From: Macrostomum lignano
Taxonomy: Eukaryota
Length of the DNA stretch: 64,000 nt
NCBI GenBank assembly: GCA_002269645.1
Contig: NIVC01000067.1
Span: 372,001 to 436,000, forward strand
Direction of reading: 5' to 3'
Made by a program: the position numbers and the translations under genes
Shown: positions 1-12,100 of the stretch, piece after piece
Layout of the letters: every line of letters starts with the position of its first letter
How positions within the stretch are numbered: the first letter of the stretch is position 1
Notes under the pieces: model-generated
Databases searched by the model: none
Seen by the model: only the letters and a program-made list of their open reading frames with translations
What the model was told of the DNA's origin: nothing

Positions 1-580
1 TGGCTGTATGATCAGACTGGAAACTGGCTGTGTGATCAGACTGGGAACTGGCTGTATGATCAGACTGGAAACTGGCTGTATGATCAGACTGAGAACTGGC
101 TGTATGATCAGACTGGGAATTGGTAGTAGAATCAGACTCAGAGCTTTATGACTAGACTCAGAGCTTTATGATCAGACTCGGAGCTTTATGATCAGACTCA
201 GAGCTTTATGACTAGACTCAGAGCTTTATGACCAGACTCAGAGCTTTATGACCAGACTCAGAGCTTTATGACCAGACTCAGAGCTTTATGACCAGACTCA
301 GAGCTTTATGACCAGACTCAGAGCTTTATGACCAGACTCAGAGCTTTATGACCAGACTCAGAGCTTTATGACCAGACTCAGAGCTTTATGACCAGACTCA
401 GAGCTTTATGACCAGACTCAGAGCTTTATGACCAGACTCAGAGCTTTATGACCAGACTCAGAGCTTTATGACCAGACTCAGAGCTTTATGACCAGACTCA
501 GAGCTTTATGACCAGACTCAGAGCTTTATGAACAGACTCAGAGCTTTATGACCAGACTCAGAGCTTTGTGACCAGACTCT
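1..580. repeat. Compound minisatellite: 24-bp unit changing into a 20-bp unit (ACCAGACTCAGAGCTTTATG)
   Basis: Direct reading; the array runs off the window start. Confidence 0.95.
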
Positions 581-1059
581 ACAACAAGAATAGACGTGTA
601 AAATCATAAAAAGATTACAGAAGATCCATTAGCACTGGCTTCTGCTGTTTAAAAGCCATTTTAGACATTAGGACTGAAGCCACCGCGGATTAGAAATCGC
701 AAATTCTAGGAAATATTTGCTTGCTACCAACTGTATCGAATTAAACTCGAACGCAGATGTCCAGAAATTGATTCTAATTGTGGATAATCTGTCAGTGAAT
801 TTTTGTTTATTTTTAGTCAAGAACAGTCTTGACTTTGCTACATTAAGTAGCTGATCTGATCAAAATAGATTAATGGGTTTATTGCTGCCTTATCAGAATG
901 GCAATATTCAGGCACTTGCTCCCCTGTCCACCTGTCAAATATCTACTTCTTCCAGTCACACATCCATTTTCCCCAGTCACGCATCTACTCGTCCAGCCCT
1001 TCCTCCTAGCAGTGAAGTATTAATGAATCAGTGATCTTGTGCTCTCACTCAAAATACAA

Positions 1060-1500
1060 CTCTGTCACTCAGAATGCCACTCTGTCACTCAGAATGTCAC
1101 TCTGTCACTCAGATAGTTACTCTGTCACTCAGAATGCCTCTCTGTCACTCAGAATGTCACTCTGCCACTCAGAATGCCACTCAGAATGTCTGTCACTCAG
1201 AATGTCACTCTGTCACTCAGAATGTCACTCTGTCACTCAGACAGTTACTCTGTCACTCAGACAGTTACTCTGTCACTCAGAATGCCACTCTGTCACTCAG
1301 ATAGTTACTCTGTCACTCAGAATGCCTCTCTGTCAATCAGAATGTCACTCTGCCACTCAGAATGCCACTCTGTCACTCAGAATGTCACTCTGTCACTCAG
1401 AATGCCGCTCTGTCACTCAGACAGTTACTCTGTCACTCAGAATGCTGCTCTGTCACTCAGAATGTCACTCTGTTACTCAGAATGCCGCTCTGTCAGCCTA
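1060..1500. repeat. 20-bp minisatellite (ACTCTGTCACTCAGAATGTC)
   Basis: Direct reading. Confidence 0.95.
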
Positions 1501-2057
1501 AATGCAACTATCACTCTGAATATCCCGCTGTCCCTATAATTGTAACCATCACTCTGTCACGGCCCTTACTCCAAATCCCTCATTCATCACTCAATCTCTG
1601 TCCCTCAATTGATTTGAGTTCAGTTTTTCGACAACAAAAACACAAACAGGTTTTTTTCTGGCGCATTGCTGACGAGCTGCAGAAATTAATCATTCTGCGG
1701 CTCACACAAAAAGCAATTAGCTCCATCGTAATAAAATATGCATGCGATTTCCGAGGCAGAACTGAATTGCACTGACGACTTTCGAGTTAATAGCGTGAAA
1801 GCAAAGGATTAGTGAGAGATGAGGGAATGGGGGGAAGCGGATTACGAACTCTTTTGTCGCGAGAATTTTCCTCAGTTCGACCAGGAAAGAATTCACTCCC
1901 TCTTCCCTTTGAGGAGGGTTTCGCCTTCCACCAGCCTACCTAGACTCCTGTGAGAGCAATTATAATATGGAACTCACCAGTTCGAGTGCTTTTTAACAAA
2001 TTAGGCAAAAACTTCAACTTGAATATTGCGAATTTTGAGTTAAAGTGCAGCGCTGTC

Positions 2058-3134
2058 GGAGAGCTGAGTGAGATCTGCTCAATGAGATCTGAGTGAGATC
2101 TGCTCAATGAGAGCTGAGTGAGATCTGCTCAATGAGATCTGAGTGAGATCTGCTCAATGAGAGCTGAGTGAGATCTGCTCAATGAGATCTGAGTGAGATC
2201 TGCTCAATGAGAGCTGAGTGAGATCTGCTCAATGAGAGCTGAGTGAGATCTGCTCAATGAGATCTGAGTGAGATCTGTTCAATGAGAGCTGAGTGAGATC
2301 TGCTCAATGAGATCTGAGTGAGATCTGCTCAATGAGATCTGAGTGAGATCTGCTCAATGAGATCTGAGTGAGATCTGCTCAATGAGAGCTGAGTGAGATC
2401 TGCTCAATGAGATCTGAGTGAGATCTGCTCAATGAGATCTGAGTGAGATCTGCTCAATGAGAGCTGAGTGAGATCTGCTCAATGAGATCTGAGTGAGATC
2501 TGCTCAATGAGATCTGAGTGAGATCTGCTCAATGAGATCTGAGTGAGATCTGCTCAATGAGATCTGAGTGAGATCTGCTCAATGAGAGCTGAGTGAGATC
2601 TGCTCAATGAGATCTGAGTGAGATCTGCTCAATGAGAGCTGAGTGAGATCTGCTCAATGAGAGCTGAGTGAGATCTGCTCAATGAGATCTGAGTGAGATC
2701 TGCTCAATGAGATCTGAGTGAGAACTGCTCAATGAGATCTGAGTGAGATCTGCTCAATGAGATCTGAGTGAGAACTGCTCAATGAGATCTGAGTGAGATC
2801 TGCTCAATGAGAGCTGAGTGAGATCTGCTCAATGAGAGCTGAGTGAGATCTGCTCAATGAGATCTGAGTGAGATCTGCTCAATGAGATCTGAGTGAGATC
2901 TGCTCAATGAGAGCTGAGTGAGATCTGCTCAATGAGATCTGAGTGAGATCTGCTCAATGAGATCTGAGTGAGATCTGCTCAATGAGAGCTGAGTGAGAAC
3001 TGCTCAATGAGATCTGAGTGAGATCTGCTCAATGAGATCTGAGTGAGATCTGCTCAATGAGAGCTGAGTGAGAACTGCTCAATGAGATCTGAGTGAGATC
3101 TGCTCAATGAGATCTGAGTGAGATCTGCTCAATG
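2058..3134. repeat. 25-bp minisatellite (GAGATCTGAGTGAGATCTGCTCAAT)
   Basis: About 43 units, ending 24 bp before the first identified RasGRP exon. Confidence 0.95.
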
Positions 3135-3158
3135 ACCTTCACTGCAACCCAACCGCAG

Positions 3159-6100
3159 CGGTGAGTCTGAACTTCTGCTGAGCGACCACCCAAACGACGA
3201 CCTGAAAGTTCGCGGCGGCACCCTTCGCGGCCTCGTGGAATTCGGAATGAGCTGCTTCGGTGAGGCCAGATTCAAAATCCTTGGCAAATCGAGTCAAACG
3301 CAATTCTTAGTATCAAAATAGATCTTTACAAAATTCCAATCTGCAACCTGCAGAGGTGTGCAACAAAGAGCTGCAGGTGCGAAATCAGCAATATCTTCGG
3401 GTGCTGTTCCTTATGCACGAGTGGATCACCGACTCTGTAGCCATGGCGTCCACCATTATTGAGATTTGCGAACAGAACAGCCAGATGACCAGGCGCGGAC
3501 TTTTTATGATCAGGCGAGTCCTGGACTGTTTCGGCTTGCCCTTGGGACTTTTGGGACTATTGGGAGCTTCGGGACTATTGGGACCTTCGGGACTATTGGG
3601 ACCTTCGGGACTATTGGGACCTTCGGGACTATTGGGACCTTCGGGACTATTGGGACCTTCGGGACTATTGGGACCTTCGGGACTATTGGGACCTTCGGGA
3701 CTATTGGGACCTTCGGGACTATTGGGACCTTCGGGACTATTGGGACCTTCGGGACTATTGGGACCTTCGGGACTATTGGGACCTTCGGGACCTTCGGGAC
3801 CTTCGGGTCTTCAAGTGAAAGATTGTGCAATAGCATCACCCGTTACTCATCAACTTCGCCCGATCGTGCAGATTCTGGATTCAAAAATATCCCAACGCAT
3901 TCGAAGGCAACCGAGCCCTGGCCAGGCTTGTCGAAGCCTTCTTCGAGCGAGTCAACGCTCGCGACATCGACAACATCGTGTCCTCGGCTGACCTGCGGGC
4001 CACGTGAGTCCGCGGGCTGAAGTGACACGATGAGAAAGAACGCTGTCAATAAGTGCAAGGACCCCTAAATTCGCAAATCTTGTGCAAGACGCCGGCGAAA
4101 CGCATTGGCGAGATAGCAGGCTTTTTCAGCTAACTTTTTTGCTCTAAAAAAGATCCCTACCGACAAACCATTTTTAGTATATAGGACTAGCAATCTGCGC
4201 CCCCCCCCTTTGGGGAGGCCATAAAAAGTGAAAAAAACAATTTTTTATTAAGCTACACGTAGCTTTTGACCTTGTAAAGTCACCATGCTAGTGAGGGAAA
4301 AAGATGTTTAAAGCAGAAAAAGCATCGGTCCTGAAAGCCAGATATCCAGCCTAAGATATCAGCATTCCCTTTGAGCTTTGGCATCAAAGCATCTCTTAAG
4401 CCATAACTTAACTCTAACAATCTCTTTGATGCTTGGCCTACTAACAACTCACAATTGACCCTTGGCATCTCAGCGATTCCCTACATGACCCTTGAGATCT
4501 CAGTAATTCCCCACGTGAGTCTTGAGATCTCAGCAGTTCCCCTACATGAGTCTTGAGATCTCAGCAATACCCCCTGAGTCTTGACATCTCAGCCTAATGC
4601 ATTTTGCTGCAAGGACAGGGCAGGGCGTACAGTAAAATTCGCACACAGGTTGCAAGCGTAGTGTCCCTCCACTCCAATCTCACCCGCAGTGTCAAGCACG
4701 AATGGCTGCGGCTGGACTCGCTAAAGAAGGGCCGCGTGAATCACGAGAGCGTGAACTCGCTGGTGTTCAACCAGCTGGAGCCGGAGCAGCTGGCCGCCCA
4801 GCTCACCGTGCTGGAGTTCAAGGTGTTCCGCCGGATTCAGGTCTGATTGGTTGGCGGAGTTTTTAGCTGGGGTTGGGGTTAGCTCTGATTGGCTGGGGAG
4901 TTTTTAGTTGGGGTTGGGGTTAGCTCTAATTGGTTGGGGAGTTTTTAGTTGTGGTTGGGTTAGCTCTGATTGGCTGGGGAGTTTTTAGTTGGGGTTGGGG
5001 TTAGCTCTAATTGGTTGGGGAGTTTTTAGTTGTGGTTGGGTTAGCTCTGATTGGCTGGGGAGTTTTTAGTTGGGGTTGGGGTTAGCTCTGATTGGCTGGG
5101 GAGTTTTTAGTTGGGGTTGGGGTTAGCTCTAATTGGTTGGGGAGTTTTTAGTTGTGGTTGGGTTAGCTCTGATTGGCTGGGGAGTTTTTAGTTGGGGTTG
5201 GGGTTAGCTCTGATTGGCTGGGGAGTTTTTAGTTGGGGTTGGGGTTAGCTCTAATTGGTTGGGGAGTTTTTAGTTGTGGTTGGGTTAGCTCTGATTGGCT
5301 GGGGAGTTTTTAGTTGGGGTTGGGGTTAGCTCTGATTGGCTGGGGAGTTTTTAGTTGGGGTTGGGGTTAGCTCTGATTGGCTAGGGAGTTTTTAGCTGGG
5401 GTTGGGTTAGCTCTGGTTGGTTGGGGAGTTTTTAGCTGGGGTTGGGGTTAGCTCTGATTGTCTGCAGTTTGGGACAACCTCAGCTTAAACTATGACAATG
5501 TCATAAAGTTAGCCTACAAACTGGTCGAAAGGATTCTGATTGGCTACGCTGTTTTATAATTCAGTGATCAACACCAGTTTAGAGTGTTCAACTTAGAAGT
5601 TTAAACTTTGACAACTGATCATACACACAGTAATTTCGTATCTCTCAATCTCTCACAGGTCTCCGACTTGCGGAACTATGCTCAGGGCGAGAATTTGAGA
5701 GGCAGCCCATTCCTAGAGAAGTCGGTGACACTGTTCAATGGTCTGTCGCAGTGGGTGCAGTGTATGATTCTCAGCAAGACAACACCAGCTGAGAGGGCCA
5801 CGGTTTTGGCCAAGTTTCTCGAAGTTGCGGAGGTGAGTGAGACTGAAATTTTGGGAGCTTACAATGAGGGATTAATAAGATTATCGAGTGAGTAGATACG
5901 GTGATTAGGCACATGATTATCCAGCAGGGCGGCACGGTGATTAGACACGAGCAAAGTGATTAAATACATGATTATCTAACAGGGTGATTAGATACATGAT
6001 TATCGAGAAGACTGATTAGATACATGATAATCGAGAAGAGTGATTCGATACATGATTATCGAACAGGGTGATTAGACACATAATTATCGAAAAGAGTGAT

Positions 6101-9100
6101 TAGATACATGACTATATAATAGGGGGATTAGATACATGATTATCGAACAGGATGATTAGACACGATTATCGAGCAGGGTGATTAGATACATGATTATCGA
6201 ACAGGGTGATTAGACACGTGATTATCGAACAGGGTGATTAGACACGTGATTATCGAGCAGAGTGATTAAATGCAATGATTGTCCAGCAGCAGCAATCCAA
6301 ATTCCGCAGGAGCTGAGGAAGGTGCGCAACTACAACTCGCTGATGTCGGTGATTGGCGGTCTGAACCACAGCGCCATAGCCAGGCTGAGCAAGACTCACG
6401 CCTGCTTGTCGCAGAAGTCGCAGAAGGTGAGCGAGTAACTTTTGAGGCTGAGAAGTCTCTGAGAGTAAAAAAAATATTAAACAAGTTGTACAGGAATAGA
6501 CGCATATAAAGACGTGTTGATTAGAGCAGGAGTAGACGTCTGAATAGAGTGTGACTAGATATCTGAGTACATTATGACTAGATTTATGAAAAGATCATGA
6601 TTAGACATTTGAATAGATTACTATTAGACATCCGAAAAAAATTTGATTAGACATTTGAATAGATCATGAATAGACGTCTGAATAGATAAATAGACATCGG
6701 AATAGCTTGTGATTACACATCGGAATAGATTATGATTAGACATCTGAATAGATTATGATTAGACATCGGAATAGATTATGATTAGACATCTAAATAAATA
6801 ATGATTAGATATCTGAATAAATCATGATTAGACAGCGAAATAGATTATGATTAGACATCGGAATAGGTTATGATTAGACATCGGAATAGATTATGATTAG
6901 ACATCTGAATAAATCATGATTAGATATCTGAATAAATCATGATTAGACGTATAAATAAATCATGATTAGACGTCTGAATAAATCATGATTTAGACATCTA
7001 AATAGATTGTGATCAGACATCTGAATAGATTGTGATTAGACAGCTAAATATACTATCATTAAACACCTCGATGGAATACAATTAATAAACTTCGCAGATG
7101 CTGCTAGACCTGGTGGAGCTTCTGTCTTCCTCGAACAACTTCACCAACTATCGCAAGGAGTACGCGGATGTACAAGAGTTCAAGATACCAATTCTGTGAG
7201 GAGGGCACTGAATACAAAGCGATTCGGCAATGCTTTTATCATCACAAATGAATGAAAATAATTCTAATAATTTTCCTAAATCGTTCCTGAAAATAACATA
7301 AAGCAGGAGTGGCTATAGGTGCATGAGTAATATTAGATTCTCAGATTTTTAGCGCTAAAACTTTTAGTATAGCGGACTAGCAATCAGCGCCCCCCCCTTG
7401 TTGGGGAGGCAACAAGGAAATGAATAAAAAATAGGCTGTTCAGTCTAAGGACTGAAGGTTGCCACACACCCATTTTACAGCTGGGTGAACTGAAGTAATA
7501 TAGAGTAAAGTGTCTTACACACAAATTGTTCCATTGGGATCGGGAATCGAACCCCGATCTCCAATTCGACCACTAGGCTACAACCTCTCTTGAAGATTAC
7601 TTCAGACTACTCCAAACCCATTGCAGAGCAGTCCACCTGAAAGATCTGATGCAGCTGAACTCGGCCCTGCCGGACAGACTCTCTGGCCCGGCCAGCAGGT
7701 TCATCAACTTTCGCAAGCTCGCCCAGCTGGCGCAGACAGTCGGCCTGCTGACGGCCGCTCAGGGCACACCGATGAGCATCGAGGAGAACCCGAACCTCTG
7801 CAACACGCTCACGGTGCGATTCCTGTCTGCATTCCAATGTCTATAAGATATAAATGCTGCTCATCGCTGATTGGCTGCGTGGTTCGCAGTCTATACCAAT
7901 TTTTATTCTTGATGTACAAATGTACAGTCTCTTCGGAGGGGGTGAAAATTGGCGGCAAAGCGCTTTGCTCTGATTGGCTATGATAATTTTTACAGTGTGA
8001 GGCTACAATTTCTCGGCGAGGACCTCATAAAGACTTGGGCCGTCAACGCAGCCAGACCGGGGGTAATTAATAATGATAATTGCAGGTGGGTTGTGGGCAC
8101 CCACGGCGAAATTGTGCCACAACCAGCGCTGAGGCAGTTCCGCTCACACAGGGTGTACAGCGGCCCTGACTTTCTTATCGTCAGGCATGTACACTCTGTG
8201 CCTTGTTGGTTGACCCTCACGAAGGTGTAAATCGCTCAGCGCAAAAGTGCATGTAGACTAGGTATCACTGAGTACTTTCTTACCGGTACAGGCAAGTCGC
8301 AGAGAATCTGCAACTGAACTCTGCACACCTGCACAAACCCGCAGCTGTCGCTGGACTGCCACTACACTGAGGACGACATTTACGAGGTCTCTCTGCTGAG
8401 AGAGCCGCGCTGCCTGGCTTCGGTGAGTCTGCAGGCCAGCTTGAGCAGGCCAGCTTGAGCAGGGCTGCGGCTTCATTATCGATGACAGATTAGCGAGGTA
8501 AACCAAGCTTATTTCAGACAGTAAGCAGGAGGTCTTTTACTCGATCCTAATTTAATTTGAGATCCCCCAGGGACTGATTTGATGGAGCTGAAATTTTACT
8601 TTTACTACCTTGGATTTTCTCTCCGTCAGTCCCTTGCCCTCCTTCATGGGTGATTAAAGCCAGTTTGTTCAGTGCCTTCAGCTCAGATTTTGTGCTAGGC
8701 AGACAGACTTAAGTAAGATGGAGAATCCTGCGTGGCTTATCTCCTGCGCCCTATTCGTTAATTCTCTAGGAGCAGCGAGCAGGAGTTAAATACAAAGAGT
8801 TGCGCACAAAGTGGCACACATCAAAAAGAATAATAGCTGTATAGCCTCTGGCGCGTGCAAAATCTCGGTGCAGAACATTTTTTGGGAAGTTAGCAACAGT
8901 CAGATCAAACTACTCCTGGAGACACCTAGAAAGGGACTAAAGAACTTTGACTGCTCATCGTTCCTACGATTTCCCTGTCCAATTATCCTGACCCTCCCCC
9001 GAAATTGTGTTCATCTCTTATCAAAGGATAATTAGGAGAGAAATGTGACAGACAGACATGAAACTATCCTGGAGAGAGGCCCCTGGTTCAAAGTGAAGTC

Positions 9101-12100
9101 CTGAGCTTTAATAACGGGCGCAAAGACATGCCAGGGATCTTAATTAGCTCCTATGGAGCACACTCACCCTTCCGACCCCAGCACCTGCATCCCACAGCAC
9201 CCTCCCCGATCTTCACCCCTACTCCACATGGCTGACCCAAGCACCTGCACCCCACAGCACCCTCCCCGATCTTCACCCCTACTCCACATGGCTGACCCAA
9301 GCACCTGCACCCCACAGCATCCTCCCCGCGCCTCACCCCTACCCCACATGGCTGACCCAAGCACCTGCACCCCACAGCATCCTCCCCGCGCCTCACCCCT
9401 ACCCCACATGGCTGACCCAAGCACCTGCACCCCACAGCATCCTCCCCGCGCCTCACCCCTACTCCACATGGCTGACCCAAGCAGCTGCACCCCACAGCAC
9501 CCTCCCCGATCTTCACCCCTACCCCACATGGCTGACCCAAGCACCTGCACCCCACAGCACCCTCCCCGCGCCTCACCCCTACTCCACATGGCTGACCCAA
9601 GCACCTGCACCCCACAGCATCCTCCCCGATCTTCACCCCTACTCCACATGGCTGACCCAAGCACCTGCACCCCACAGCATCCTCCCCGCGCCTCACCCCT
9701 ACTCCACATGGCTGACCCAAGCACCTGCACCCCACAGCATCCTCCCCGCGCCTCACCCCTACCCCACATGGCTGACCCAAGCACCTGCACCCCACAGCAC
9801 CCTCCCTGCGCCTCACCCCTACCTCAGAAGCAATCTTCATGCCTCCTATTGACTCAACAAGCCACTCACTCTGCACTGACCGACGCAATGCTTTGCAGCC
9901 CTCAACGCCGACCAAGCCAGTCGTATTCGCTCAGTGGGTCTCGGGTTCGAAGCCTCCAAATCCGGAAACGCTAAAGAGGCACATATTCGACATGGTTGAG
10001 GTGAGCTGTGTGCCTACACTTCTCAGATTCCGAGTGGACCAAGCCAGTGTCCTGCTAACATACAAGTTATTAACTCCTTCCAGGCGGTTTTCAAGGTTTA
10101 CGATCACGACAAAGATGACATGATCTCTGAGAGCGAGTTCCAGCAGATTGCCGAAAATTTCCCCTTCATCGACTCGTTTGCTGTGCTGGACACTGACAAG
10201 TGAGTCTGCCTGCTGCCTTGGCTTGAATTTTACCTGCAGCTGGGGCTTTTGAGTGACTCAATGTGAGCGGACAGGTGCTTTGACTGATACTGAGGAGTGA
10301 CTCAATGTAAGCGGACAGGTGCTCTGACTGATACTGAGGAGTGACTCAATGTGAGCAGACAGGTGCTCTGACTGATACTGAGGAGTGACTCAATGTAAGC
10401 GGACAGGCGCTCTGACTGATACTGAGGAGTGACTCAATGTAAGCGGACAGGTGCTCTGACTGATACTGAGGAGTGACTCAATGTGAGCAGACAGGTGCTC
10501 TGACTGATACTGAGGAGTGACTCAATGTAAGCGGACAGGTTCTCGCAATCTAACAGCTACCCTACAAATTCAGCTTTCGCTCTCACGCATCGAGTTTAAA
10601 AGTGCTTCGTTGCGTCTCTCGCAGCAACCCCCCCTGGTCCATATTAGGAATTTGATGGAAATCATCCCCCGCACACAAGAGTGCTCTAGATACAGGTGTG
10701 GCTTGCAATTCCAACCCAAGCATATATTGACAGACCTGGTCCTTGAGTAGCATGATACGCCGGCTCAATGCAGCAGGATCAACAGCAGCTGGGTTGACAC
10801 TATCAGACTCCTCAAATATCTCTCATTCTATCTAGTTGCTAGGGTCAGCCAGTCCGACTAAGGGGGGGGGGGTAAGCCGAAATGAGAATCAATTTTGTCT
10901 CGATCTTCCGCCCCTAATATTCTTTGTCATGCGCCGTGAAAGCACCTGCCTTATTCTCAGTTCCGATCTCCCTTCCTCCCGACTGCCAGGAAAGGCGGGA
11001 GAGGGGGGTCAGTCAATAAAACCATGGCAGTCGCGGGTCACAATGGAGACAGGCTAAAAATGATTTGGAGGCAGCGGGGCCGAATGGGGATGGGGGATTT
11101 TGCGGTTCGTGCCAATGACTGCGGTTCATTTCTGCGATTTATATTGCGATGGAAGAATAGGGTGTGGGCCTCAATCCATCATCACTGATACGGAGTATGC
11201 AGCTTAGTGATGGCTGTTTAAGTACTGTTGTGATAATCTATTGCTTTAATTATTGCAATTGTACTTGAGAAAAGACTTGAGGACTTAAAATGGGGACGTT
11301 AGAGGCTATTGTTTAGAGAGACTCATTAGAGAGACTCATTAGAGAGACTAATTAGAGAGATTCATTAGAGAGACTCGTTAGAGAGACTCATTAGAGAGAC
11401 TAATTAGATAGACTAATTAGAGAGACTCGTTAGAGAGATTCATTAGAGAGACTCATTAGAGACTCATTAGAGAGACTCATTAGACAGATTCGTTAGAGAG
11501 ACTCATTAGACAGATTCGTTAGAGAGACTCATTAGAGAGACTCATTAGAGAGACTCATTAGAGAGACTCATTAGAGAGACTCATTAGAGAGACTCATTAG
11601 AGAGACTCATTAGAGAGACTCATTAGAGAGACTCATTAGACAGATTAGTTAGAGAGACTCATTAGAGATAATCATTAGAGAGACTCATTAGAGAGACTCA
11701 TTAGACAGATTCGTTAGAGAGACTCATTAGAGAGACTCATTAGAGAGACTCATTAGACAGATTCGTTAGAGAGACTCATTAGACAGATTCGTTAGAGAGA
11801 CTCATTAGAGAGACCCATTAGAGAGACTCATTAAAGAGACTCATTCTCTCACAATGTTGCAGCTCTACCTATGCTACTGTGAGTAATAAAATCAAGGTCG
11901 ACCAACTTTTCCCCCTTGTCACTCAAGCGACGGCATGATATCGAAAGTGGAGCTGAAGAACTACTTCCTTAGGGCGAACTCGCAGGCCCTGAAGAGCAGC
12001 TTCAAGCACGACTTCCACGAGACATCCTACTTTAAGCCGACCTTCTGCGACCGCTGCGCCGGCCTGCTGTGGGGCCTCATCAAGCAGGGCTGGAAGTGCC

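Noticed and set aside
600-2057. First coding exon of RasGRP
   Set aside because: No ATG-containing exon with a convincing phase-2 donor was identified; the start may lie outside the window.
131-3134. Regular repeat arrays resembling CRISPR
   Set aside because: Units are head-to-tail with no unique spacers, there are no cas genes, and the context is eukaryotic.
4850-5460. Telomeric repeats (GGGGTT-rich tracts; also the ends of the hAT element)
   Set aside because: No (TTAGGG)n run; the G-tracts are parts of longer minisatellite units or transposon subterminal repeats.
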